From NCBI GenBank assembly GCA_000503875.1, contig CP006913.1, forward strand, positions 1,020,001 to 1,052,000: DNA of 32,000 bases, read 5' to 3'. Shown piece after piece: positions 10,045 to 20,914 of the stretch (within the stretch, counting starts at the first letter, position 1; each line of letters starts with the position of its first letter). Source of the stretch: Candidatus Saccharimonadota bacterium (GTDB taxonomy: Bacteria; Patescibacteriota; Gracilibacteria; Absconditabacterales; Absconditicoccaceae). Made by a program: the position numbers and the translations under genes. A model generated the notes under the pieces. That model was given only the letters and a program-made list of their open reading frames with translations. It was not told the origin of the DNA and searched no databases.

Positions 10045-11205
10045 TTAAGATAAAGCAAATGTGTGTTTCAAAAGCGGAATCCCTACAAAATAGAAAACTA
10101 TCATAAGAACAAATAACATTCCAACAACCAATGGATTCTTAGCTTTAATAAAAGAAAATAGGAAAGTAAGTAAACCCAAGAAACCCAAAGAAAAGAAAGA
10201 ATAATAGAGTGGAAAAAGTGTGGTTGTTGCTGAAAACAACAAGAAATAAACGACACTTCCTCACAAAACAACCAATATTATCAACAAACCTATTTGTAGC
10301 CAATCAAAAATTCTATACACATACAAAAGAATATTTTGAAAAATATGAACGAAATCTTTTTTGAGAAACATAAGATAAACAAGAATTTCTCAAAGAGCAA
10401 CATAATCTTTTCTCTTTACAGAAACTGTTCCTCAAAACATTTGTTGTTGCTGCACTTTTTCCAATACAGAAACTTGTCTTTCTAAATCAATAGAAGTAAC
10501 TGTTGTTCAGGGGAAAAGTGATTGAGATGTATCTTCCAAAGAAGCATAATAATCTTCTTCTATACGATCAACAATTGAAAAAAGCTCTTGAAGCATATCT
10601 CTTATTTTTTCATAGTTAGTTCACATTCTCATTTTTTTTAATTCTTCAACTTTACCTTTAATTGTTCTAAGATCTTTAGCTGATACAAAAGCTCATTTAT
10701 CGGTAAGAAGGGAATTAACTTTTTCCAATGACCGAGCTATAACCTGTTTTGCTTTTTCCAATCAATCATCTTGATAATAAATTTTCTTTTCTGCTTCTTG
10801 TTGTTGCTTTATTTGTGCTTTTTCAGATTGTTGTTGTTCATCAAGTTCTTTTTTGCAAAGATCGAGTACTTTCTTGGTTTGTTCAGGGGTTTGTGGTTCC
10901 AAAAAATAATTACAATCTTCAATAACAAATCACAAACGCAAAAAGAAAAGACATAAATCTCTTATGCTAAAATCTTTTTTTCAAACAATACGTATGCGTT
11001 GGTTTTCAAAAGAAACAACAACATATACTGGACCAAAAGAATCTACTGCCCCAGAATAATCTACCAAAGACAATAAAACCAAAGAAGATTCTTCGATAAA
11101 TTTTCTAGCGAATAAAGGAGACTCTATTTCTAGGAGAAATTGAATATTTTGAGGTTTTTGGGTGCCTTGAGAATCTTGTTTTATGGTATTTACGACAAAA
11201 GTCAT
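10045..11205 (-). CDS. membrane-anchored protein: N-terminal globular domain, Q/E/K-rich coiled coil, C-terminal TM helices (386 aa)
   Basis: ATG 11203-11205 (MTFVVNTIKQDSQG...). The frame continues through about 10 TGA to TAA 10045-10047. The middle region reads ...CKKELDEQQQSEKAQIKQQQEAEKK.... The C-terminus is ...LIILVVLGGSVVYFLLFSATTTLFPLYYSFFSLGFLGLLTFLF.... Confidence 0.7.
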
Positions 11206-11321
11206 TACAAAAAAAGCAGGTATAAATTGGGATATTGTATCGCCATTATGTTTTTATATTGAAAAATTGAAAAAAATCAATATATAAGGGCGCTAAAAAT
11301 TTAGTTATTAACTAAGCAATT

Positions 11322-11951
11322 ATGAAAAATTTTCTTTTTTGATTAATTCTATGATGAATTATTGTTTTTTGATACTTCTTTATCAAAGAAAATCCAGAGA
11401 ACAGTTATGTTGTCCAAACAAAAACACGAATAAATAATATGTTTAACAAAACATCTCCTGTTGGAATAGCAAATCCTGCTTCAACATATTGTATTGAAAA
11501 CAATTGAACATTAGAAATTAAAGATGAATCTGAAGGACAAATAGGTATATGTACATTTTCAGACTGATCTTCTTGCGAAGAACGAGCATTTTTTAGAGGA
11601 GAATGTAAACCTGGGATAACAACATGAACACAAACAGACAATACTATTGAGCAACCAATTGAAGAGCCAACTATTTGTACTATGGAATACGCACCAGTAT
11701 GTGCAAAAGTTGCTATACAATGTATCAAAGCTCCTTGTGAACCAATAGAACAAACTTTTTGAAATAGATGTTCTATGAATGCAAATAAATTAGCTACATT
11801 CCTTCACGAAGGAGAATGTAAAACAGACCAGAAAGAATGTCCACAATATGCTCCACCAAGTCCAGATTTCTGTACAGAAGGAACTATTCAGGATTGATGA
11901 ACAGACCAAAATGGATGTCAGTTACCTCCAAAATGTGTAACAAAAGAATAA
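11322..11951 (+). CDS. membrane-anchored DUF333 + Kazal-type inhibitor-like + Cys-rich domain protein (209 aa)
   Basis: ATG 11322. The TM anchor MKNFLFGLILGGIIVFGYFF contains 4 TGA-Gly. DUF333-like segment: IANPASTYCIENNGTLEIKDESEGQIGICTFSDGSSCEERAFFRGEC. Kazal-like segment: CTMEYAPVCA...TFGNRCSMNANKLATFLHEGEC. C-terminal Cys-rich tail. TAA at 11949-11951. Confidence 0.8.
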
Positions 11952-11975
11952 TCTTTATTCAATAACCATCTTTTT

Positions 11976-13415
11976 ATGGAACAAATTATCTGACATTCAA
12001 TCCTCGATCAATATTTCGATGAACATACAATGTCACTTCATCTCAAAGAGAATAGCCCAATTGTCCAAAAAAAATGAGCACCAGGAAATCGACAACCTGT
12101 ACTTAGTGATACTATTATCAGTAAACAAGATATAACAAAACTTATTGATACTATTTACCAGGAAATCACCGAAAGAGATGATTGATTTTTGGAAATAGAT
12201 AGAAAACTTTCCAAAGTAGTACAAATTGGTCCATACAGAATAGTTATTGTTTATCCACCACTTTCTGATGGATTAGAAATGACTGTTGTCAAACCAACCG
12301 TAAGACTTAGTATTGAAGATTATAAACTTAGTCCAGAAACATTTGATCTACTCAAAAACAAAGCAAAAGGAATTTTAGTTTCTTGAGCACCAGGAAGTGG
12401 AAAAACAACTTTTGCTCAAGCACTTATTGATGTTTACAACAAAGAACACAAAATAATTAAAACAATTGAATCTCCACGTGATCTTCAGTTGCCAGAAAAT
12501 ATTGTGCAATATAGTTTTACGTATGGAACTCACGACGAAGTAAGGGATATTCTCCTTCTATCAAGACCTGATTATACCGTATATGATGAAGTAAGAAACA
12601 AATCTGATTTTGATCTCTATAAAGATCTAAGATTAACCGGAATTTGATTGGTGGGTGTTATTCATGCAACAAGACCAGTTGACAGTATCCAAAGATTTTT
12701 GGGAAGTATCGAAATGGGTATTATTCCACAAGTTATCGATACTGTTGTATATATCGACAAATGAGTAATTCAAGAAATTTACAATCTTGCATTGACGGTT
12801 AAAGTTCCTGAATGAATGATGTCAGAAGAATTAGCGCGTCCAGTGATAGTGATAACAAGCTTTCTCACCAAAAATACGGAATACGAAATTTATACGTTCG
12901 GAGAGCAAATTGTTGTGATGCCCGTATGAGAAAACCACGAAGGTGGTTGAGCAACTCCTCATCCAGCAAGAGTTTGAAGACAAAATGCAGTTTCTGAGTA
13001 TGCAAAAGAAGCTATAGTTCAAAAACTCAACAAACACATTGCCTGTGATTTCTTTACAAAAGTCAAAGGAACTAGCGTTGATCTCTATATCCCAGAATGA
13101 TATAAAGGACGTATCATAGGAAAAGGTTGAACAGCAATAAATGATTTAGAAAAAAACATAGGACTTAATATCAATGTAAAATCATTTGATGATCTCCCAT
13201 TATTAGACGACAAGGTAGATATTATGGAATGAAAATGACATCTTGATATTGCATTTCCTCAAAGTTTTGCACAAAAAACCGTACAAGTCTTAGTATGAGA
13301 CGAATTGATTAAATTACAAACTGATGCAAATGGAATTTCTTCAATAAAAGATAAATCATTAATCAAAACCATACAAAAAAGATGATTTGTAATTATCGAT
13401 GAAAGTAAACTATAG
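11976..13415 (+). CDS. PilT-family ATPase with C-terminal KH domain (COG1855-like), 479 aa
   Basis: ATG 11976, TAG 13413-13415. [38 protein letters not shown]. Walker A is [19 protein letters not shown] (TGA 12384-12386). [13 protein letters not shown] GxxG is [24 protein letters not shown] (TGA 13128-13130). I could not recognise a PIN domain in the roughly 75 N-terminal residues. Confidence 0.9.
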
Positions 13416-13474
13416 AAATCAATTCTAAGTGCTAAGCGCTAAGAGCTTTTAATATTTAAATGTAACGATAAAAA

Positions 13475-14881
13475 ATGACTAATTTCCATTTTTGAAAATT
13501 AATTGCCGGAGTAAGCCCAACATTAGCCAAAGAAACAGTTCTTTCCAAAATTATTAATATGGTAGATGTATTCAAAATCAGTCTATGAGGAGGTTTTGAT
13601 GATAATAACAAAAAATATATCGATACGCTTATGAAGCTTGATAACAGCAAAACTATTATGTTGGAAACAAGAGGAAACGATATTAGAATAAAAAATGTTG
13701 TCGATATTAAACTCAAAGACAAACAAAAAATTGAAGTAGAATATTCTGAATATGCACAAGAACATGATCAAAAAATTTTTATTGACGCAACATTTCTTTC
13801 TCAACTAAAAAACAACCAAGAAATTGTTTTTGAACAAAGTTGAATAAAATTAAAGGTTAAAGAGGTAAAAGAAGATTTGGTGGTATGTGAGGTTTCTCAA
13901 GGAGGAGATCTTATTCAATATGACAGAGTTTTCTTTCCAAAATTTTATCCTGAAATTCCTTTTCTAGGAGAAAGAGAAAAAAAAGATATTTTACGAGGAT
14001 TAGAATACGGAACACACATTATTGCTGCATCACTAACCAATTCAAAAGATAATGTTTTTGAATTAAAGGAATTTCTTGCAAGCCAAAACTCAGAAAAAAT
14101 GAAAATTTTTGCAAAAATAGAAACAGAAAAAGCATTAGAAAACATAGACGAACTTATTGAAGCAGCTGACGGAATAATCTTGGTTAAAGAAAAGCTTGGA
14201 AATTTATTAGATGAAAAAATAGAAAACGCCATAATCAAAAAATGTAAACAAGAAGGAAGACCAATAGTAATTACATTTTCACTTACTCAAAAAAGAAATA
14301 ACAAAGGGTGTACTATCAGCGAAACAGAAATTAAAAAATATTGCTGACAACAAATAGATTGTTATATGTTAAATACATTGCTCAAAGAAGAAGATACCCT
14401 AAATATGATTACAGATATTTCTGAATGATTAGAAAAACATGAACTTTGTACTCCTCATGAAAGCTTGGGTGAATTTTATAAAGACGATGAAAATTTTTTG
14501 GTGAGAGATTATATCATCTACAACGCATATAGAATCACTAAAGAAGTAGATGTAAAAGCTATTGTTTCATATACAGAAAATTGATATACATCAGCTAGGT
14601 TGTCATCTTTAAAACCACAAGTACCGTTGATTGCATTTACCAAAGTAGATGAAACATACAGATATATAAATATGCTTCGATGAGTTAGAGGATACAAGAT
14701 TTCTCAATCCTTCAACTACGAAAATCTCAAAAGAGTTGGAAAAGAAATGATTAGAATTATTTTCAAAGGAAATATTTCTCTTGATGACAAAATTATCATT
14801 GTACAAGCAAACGAAATCATTAAAGATGAAAAAACAGGTATGATCAATTGAGTAGAACTATATAAATTCAAAAACATTTAA
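13475..14881 (+). CDS. pyk: pyruvate kinase-like protein, highly divergent (468 aa)
   Basis: ATG 13475, TAA 14879-14881. One frame fuses track ORFs 13631..13843 and 13877..14347. PK-like blocks: KLIAGVSPTL, IMLETRGNDIR, EREKKDILRGLEYGTHIIAASLTN, IFAKIETEKALENIDELIEAADGII, and a C-terminal regulatory-domain-like VKAIVSYTENGYTSARLSSLKPQVPLIAFT. Confidence 0.8.
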
Positions 14882-14909
14882 TCTGATTCTTTATCTATTA
14901 TACATTAAA

Positions 14910-15365
14910 ATGACGCTTCATACTTACAATGGAGAAAGATTCGAAAGAAATAAACGATGGTATGTTTTCTTTGCACTAGTTTTGATAATTATCATTTGAT
15001 TATCTCTTTGGAAACAAAATGTTATAGGGGTTGTTGTTCTTTTTTTTATTCTTGGAGCGTATTTTTATTATAGTATTATTTCAAATCAAGTTATTTCACT
15101 AAAAATAGAGAAAGAGCATCTTATTATCAACGATAAAATTTATTTACGAGGTACTTTTAAAGCATATAGTATAGAAATAGAGAAAAAGAGCCAACAAATA
15201 AGAAATCTGGTTTTGGTTACAGAAAGATGACATGTAATATACACTATTCACGACAAAAAAGAAAATATAAAAGAATTTCTAATAGAAATCAACAATTGCC
15301 TTCCATTGGTATCGGATTATAATCAATCATCATTAGAAAAATTAGCAAGAATTTTAAAATTATAA
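14910..15365 (+). CDS. small two-TM membrane protein (151 aa)
   Basis: ATG 14910. RWYVFFALVLIIIIGLSLWKQNVIGVVVLFFILGAYFYYSII followed by a soluble domain. Two in-frame TGA. TAA at 15363-15365. Confidence 0.6.
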
Positions 15366-15371
15366 TTTTTG

Positions 15372-16928
15372 ATGTCTTCTAGATTAGTTATAAAGGACGC
15401 AGCTCGACAATTAATTTGAAGGGTAATTAGTGCTCTTTTTGGATTTTTAACAATAAAAATAATGACACCATATCTTGGTCCGCTGAGATATGGAGATTAT
15501 TCAACAATTTTAAAATATTTCGCAATTTGGACAGCATTAGCAGATTTATGATTATATGTCTTAGCAGTCAAAAGACTCTGAGAAATCAAAGAAAAAAGCA
15601 ACGATCCAGAACACAAAGAACTCAAAGACGAATACGGAAAATTTGTAGGAACAAGATTAACTATTATGTCTGTAATTTATATAATTGCTATTCTTGTAGC
15701 TTATCTTTTGCCAGCATATACCAGTAATCCATATATTATTCGATGACTTCCTTTGGGAATGATTTTTTCTGCTAGTTTTATGTTTGCTGGTATTCAACAG
15801 CTTCCTCTCCAACTTTTTTGGAAAATGGAACGACTTAGTTTATCGTTAATAACAGCTAGATTATCACAATTATTAATTCTGGTTCCTTCAGTCTATTTCT
15901 TTTTCAAATACGTAGATTTTTCTACACCAACCAAACTTTCCATAGCAGCATTCTGTATGATTTTAATTTCTGTAGTAGCAAGTGGTATCTGACAAAATCT
16001 AGAAATACATTATAGAGCAAAAAAACTATTGCCACTAAAAATTAAATTTGATCGATCATTTACCAAAAATATTATTAAAAGTAACCGAAGATACGGAGTT
16101 TCATATTATCTTAGTAGTTTCCATACGCTTGTAGTGTTGATGTTTTTGGGACGATATTTTCCAACTTCCAAAGGAATTGATTATGCCGGAATATGGGCGC
16201 TTGCTCTATCATTAATAGAAATACTTCTTATTATTCCATCTTCGTTAGGAAATAGTTTGCTCCATAAAATATCAGGGTATCAGCTAGAAACAAAGCTCAA
16301 AAGCATGTGAAGTCTTCTCAATATGATTCTATGGATAGGATGATGTGTAATGATAAATTTTTGGATATTTTCTAGACAGATTATCGAATTTGTATGATGA
16401 GAAAAATTTATAGGAACATTCGAAAGTACGCAACATCGATGATCCGATCAGATATTACCTTTTTTGTGAGTTGTTTTGTTCTTCAGTTTTATCAAACAAG
16501 TATACAACTACCTCTTCGTAACAGTAGATAGACAAAATGTTCTCTTGGGAATCAATGGAATCGGAGTAATTATTTGAATTTGACTAGGAATCTTCGCGAT
16601 TCCCAAACGATGACTGGCATGAGGAGTACTTACTCAAGTAGTGATAGAATTTTTGTTTATGACATGAGCAATTTTAGTTGCTAGAAAAAATAAAATATCT
16701 CCAATCAAAAACTTTTCTCAAACAGCAAAGATTCGAGGGATTTTAGTTTTTTGAGCTGTTTTTGGATTTTTGATAAAAACATATATCAATCCAAGCAATC
16801 GAACTCGATTTCTATGGGCAATAGGAATGAATTTAATCATTTTAGGAATTTCACGAAAAATGCTGAAACAAACAGCTCGCTGACTTGGTATTGAAGATCC
16901 TATTTCAGAAAACAAAGAAATATATTAA
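15372..16928 (+). CDS. MOP-superfamily flippase (Wzx / polysaccharide biosynthesis protein-like), 518 aa
   Basis: ATG 15372. One frame fuses track ORFs 15753..15992 and 16029..16310 via many TGA. N-terminus AARQLIGRVISALFGFLTIKIMTPYLGPLRYGDYSTILKYFAIWTALADLGLY. Roughly 12-14 hydrophobic segments. TAA at 16926-16928. Confidence 0.85.
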
Positions 16929-17857
16929 GCAACTTTTTTATGATGAACATCTGGTTTTTTGATAAGAATTGGTACTGATTTTTTAGTTGACAAATCTTTT
17001 TGTTTATTGTACTCTTCACTAGCACGAGACAATCATTCTTTTAATGTCTCAAGAGATAACGAGAATTTTTTTCCATCTTGTGTTTGAAAGATAACTTCAT
17101 TCCCCAAAAAATCATTAGAAAGCGAAACAATTTTACCTTTCAAGGTCTTTTTGCTTCATTTTGGAAGATAAAAAATTGGCTTATATCAATTAATTTCAAT
17201 ATTCATGGTTTTAAGTTTGTCTTTTCTTGGAGCATCAAAAGCTTCACGAGAAGTAAGTTCTCCTGATTTTTGTTTAACATCAACATATTGCATATCTCAT
17301 ATCGATGGCAATCTTGTTCCATTTTTTTTAGAAAACACATATTCTCGTGGATTTGTTCACAATTTTCAAAGACAAACAGTAAATCAATTTTTATCTACAG
17401 AAGTAACAATTCACTTATACACCTTTTCTTCAATCAATTTTTTTCAAAAATTAGGCAAACTCTCATACGTTTCTTGAAAATCAAAATCTTTAAGCAAGGC
17501 TTCACCTATTTTTTTCGTAAAATAAATCGTGTTATTATTAGAATTATTAGGAAAATGTTCTATATTAGAGAGCAAATCAGATATATCGAAATCTTCCAAC
17601 GCTTTTTTCAATTTTTCTCTTTGTGTTTCTTTGACAAGCTTTGTAGTAAGATCTAAGTCTTTATCTAGAAGTTTTTGTAATTCAGCTTTTGATGGAGTTC
17701 CCATATCCGAAAAATGAAGTTGTTTTTTTCCATAAACAGCAGGAACATCAACTTGTTCATAAACAGTATATTTTTCATGATTTCTTTTCTTTTTTGGTAG
17801 AGAATCAATTGTCTTCAAGTCTTCTGGATGGGAAATCATATCTTTAAGTGCCACCAT
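16925..17857 (-). CDS. hypothetical protein with S1/OB-fold-like motif (310 aa)
   Basis: ATG 17855-17857 (MVALKDMISHPEDL...). Track ORF 17444..17902 continues through about 13 TGA (17444-17446 first) to TAA 16925-16927. KVYKGIVTSVDKNGFTVCLG resembles an S1 domain. The stop overlaps the convergent flippase stop by 4 nt (TTAA). Confidence 0.6.
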
Positions 17858-18002
17858 AAAATAATAATTAGAAATAAATATACTACTAATAGTATATTGC
17901 AAAATTCAAAGAAATGCAAATTTTCGTCAACAAAATTCTATTTGAAAAAGATAAACCAAACAGTAAAAGAGAATTCAGATTATTTGTTTCATAAAAAAAT
18001 AT

Positions 18003-18887
18003 ATGTATCTTATTGTTTTTGTCCTAGGAACACTGTTCTGATCGTTATGATCTGTACTTCTAACAAGATTGGAAGACAAAGTTGATCGATCCACCATCAA
18101 GGGAATTCTTTTTGGATTTTCGAAATGTCCTCATTGTGGAAAAAGGCTCCAAGCAAAAAACTTAATTCCCCTAATAAGCTTTTTCTTACAACAAGGAAAA
18201 TGCTCTTTTTGTAAAAAACAAATTTCACGACAATATCCAATTTTAGAAATAGCTTCTGGACTGATTTTTCTATTTTCTTATTATTTCGTGTTTGATGTAG
18301 GGAGTTATCTTATTCCACAAGGACTACATCGAATAAATTATGCTTTTCGAGCAATAACCAACCGATGATTGCTTTTGCTTATTGTTCAAGATATCAAAAA
18401 ACAAGAGCTTCATATGCCTATACGAATATTTACAACAGCACGAATTTTGCTTCGACAATTTCTTGGATTTGTAGGACAATACCAATGAGCCGTTATTGCT
18501 TCATTGCTATTCGCTGGAATATGCATGTTGATTTATTTTTGAGCAAAACGATATATCAAGCGAAAATATCACAGCGCCCAAGAAGGATTCTGACAAGGCG
18601 ACATTTTTCTGTGATTCGCATTGGGCGCTGCAATACCCTTTGTGGAACAATTTAATGCTCTTCAAATTTCGCGACAAAATCATCTCAAAACAATAGGAAG
18701 TATAATTTTTATTGCAGCTATTTTGGGTCTTATTTACGCAGGAATTGCTTGGGTTACAAAACAGCAAACAAGTATTTCAATAGACAAGAAGCACAAAATA
18801 ATTGTTCCATTTTTTCCAACGCTTATTCTTGCATTTTGGATTATGTTACTTTATGCAGATCATATTATTTCTTATCTCTTCTTATAA
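18003..18887 (+). CDS. pilD: prepilin peptidase (peptidase A24, PilD-type), 294 aa
   Basis: ATG 18003. The frame fuses track ORFs 18069..18368 and 18621..18887. Cys cluster CPHCGKRL...CSFCKKQISRQYPILE. First Asp block VQDIKKQELHMP. Second Asp block GF-G-QGDIFLGFALGA (TGA 18591-18593). VPFFPTLILAFW. Confidence 0.9.
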
Positions 18888-18891
18888 AAAC

Positions 18892-19815
18892 ATGGAATTA
18901 TCAACTAAACAAAAAATCAGATTTATTATTTGGGGAAGTATAACATTGGCTAGTTATTGACTCGCTATTATTTTTCTTTTTCACAATCACGAATTAATTC
19001 TTTCATTAACAGCTGTTTTTTCTTTTTTTATTGCTTTTCATTTTTTTTATCTTGAACTTTACAAATTTCATTGGAAATATTTTATAATCGCTTTTATTTT
19101 ATGAATCATAATAACAGGAATTATAATAACACCTCAAACAACAGCTATGTGGATAGCAAATATAGTATTTCATGCTATGATAGGACTTCTTTGATATAAT
19201 CTTTATTGGCAAACCGAATGAAAAATTTGATTTGATTGATTAAGTTATTTTTCATCGGGTGGATATTTGTTTACTATGGCGTTAGCTTTGGTTTATAGTA
19301 CAATTATTGTAAATTTTTTCAGTGAATTTCCAATGAGTTGTCAACAACTTAACGAGGAATCAAACAAAGTCATCGTTGCAGTAATTAGTCCATTCAAAAT
19401 TAGTCGAGAAAAAACACAAGAAATCACAAATTGAACCAAAACCTTTTTTTCATCAACATTCAAAGATCTTTCTGTAGGAGCAAAAAATATTGAAATATCA
19501 AGCCCTAATCAATGAAATAAGTTAGTAAAAACACTAACCACACGGAAAGAAAACCTTATTACAAAGACACTTCAAGAAAACGAAAAACTCAACAATACTA
19601 TTTGTGATTTCACACTAAAAACAATTAACGAAAAGCTTCAGTCTCCAACAATTCAATATCCAGTAATAATTTTAATCATTCTTTTGATATATCCATTTTT
19701 GAGAATAGTGGTATGGGTACTAAGTATTATTGGATTCTCTTTATTTGAACTTTGATATCTTTCAAAACTTTATACAAAGCAAAAAGAAACTAGGGAAGTA
19801 GAAAGAATTGAATAA
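18892..19815 (+). CDS. membrane protein, unknown function (307 aa)
   Basis: ATG 18892, 4 nt after the pilD stop. The frame was checked line by line. Four or five N-terminal TM helices, a soluble middle region and a C-terminal TM pair. TAA at 19813-19815. Confidence 0.65.
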
Positions 19816-19889
19816 AAAAATCCCTTGAAAAAGAAATGAACCTAGATATAAAGGAAATGCTGAAACTTTTTATTTGTTTCTAAAAATTG

Positions 19890-20816
19890 ATGAAAAAAAT
19901 AATATCATGACTTCTTGTATTAATGATTGGCCTATTTTCTGTTGTTGTTAATGCACAAGGATTAGGTGATTTAATCGATAGCTTAGGAAGTGAAATCAAT
20001 TTTTGATATACAACTACCGAAAAACTCACTATCAAAGAAATAACTGACCAAAAAGTAATTATCGAGTCACCTATTATCAAAAATCAAAGCAACGAAAATA
20101 TTACAAAATACACAGTTATGTACAGCGAATTTCCTTTAACAGAAATTTTAGAAGATACTAATTTGTTAAACCAAACGAAAGAAAAATCTTTTGATATTAC
20201 AGGAACAAACAACTCTTTCACTATAGAATTAGGAACTGCTGATTGAATAGATATCATCAAAAAATATTATCTATTTGTAATACCAAAAGACATTAATGGA
20301 AATCTAGGTGAAGTTTCCAATGAAATACGATTTAATATAGCCGAAAAAACATATGGAGATGCATGATCAAGTGAAATATACACAACAACAGCGGTTCATA
20401 ATGCTGCTGGTGCAGATATGACATTAGCAAACATTACTCATGGAATCAATGGAAGTACAATTACACTAAGATGGATATCAATAAATGGAAGTTCAACAAT
20501 TGATTTGTCTGTGATGACCCCTGGATCATCCTCATTCAATAGAGTTGCAACAATAAATATGAATGATGAAAGTTATTCTTTTGTAGCAAGTAGAAATGGT
20601 GAATATATTTTTCAATTTACTCCAGATAACTGAGGGAAGCAAGTAAATTACACCGTACAAATTAACACTATTTCTAGCTCGGCTGGTGGTTCACCAGGAT
20701 GAAAGGTCATTCCAGTAGTTCCAAAAACATGAACAGAAGAAAATATTTTAATAATCTCTATTATTGCATTTCTTTGATACATAATTTACAGAAAACTATA
20801 TAGAAAAGCAAAATAA
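19890..20816 (+). CDS. cell-surface protein with signal peptide and LPXTG-like (VPKTG) sorting signal (308 aa)
   Basis: ATG 19890. Signal MKKIISGLLVLMIGLFSVVVNAQG. Two beta-rich segments that look FN3/Ig-like. C-terminus VVPKT-G-TEENILIISIIAFLGYIIYRKLYRKAK, i.e. motif, hydrophobic helix and basic tail, with the motif Gly at TGA 20730-20732. TAA at 20814-20816. Confidence 0.75.
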
Positions 20817-20843
20817 CAATTGTCAACCAAAAATAACAAGAAG

Positions 20844-20872
20844 CTGGTCAGAAAATTGACCAGTTTTTTTTT
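20844..20872 (+). terminator. rho-independent terminator
   Basis: ctggtca (20844-20850) pairs with tgaccag (20857-20863) around a 6-nt loop, followed by T9. Confidence 0.85.
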
Positions 20873-20914
20873 ATACATATACTTAAAAGGAAGCTTTTGT
20901 ATAACAAAATAAAC

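Noticed and set aside
13425-13443. Three direct CTAAG repeats at 7-nt spacing (13425, 13432, 13439) between the ATPase and pyruvate kinase genes.
   Set aside because: They are very short and seen only once in the window. They could be a regulator site, but there is no supporting evidence.
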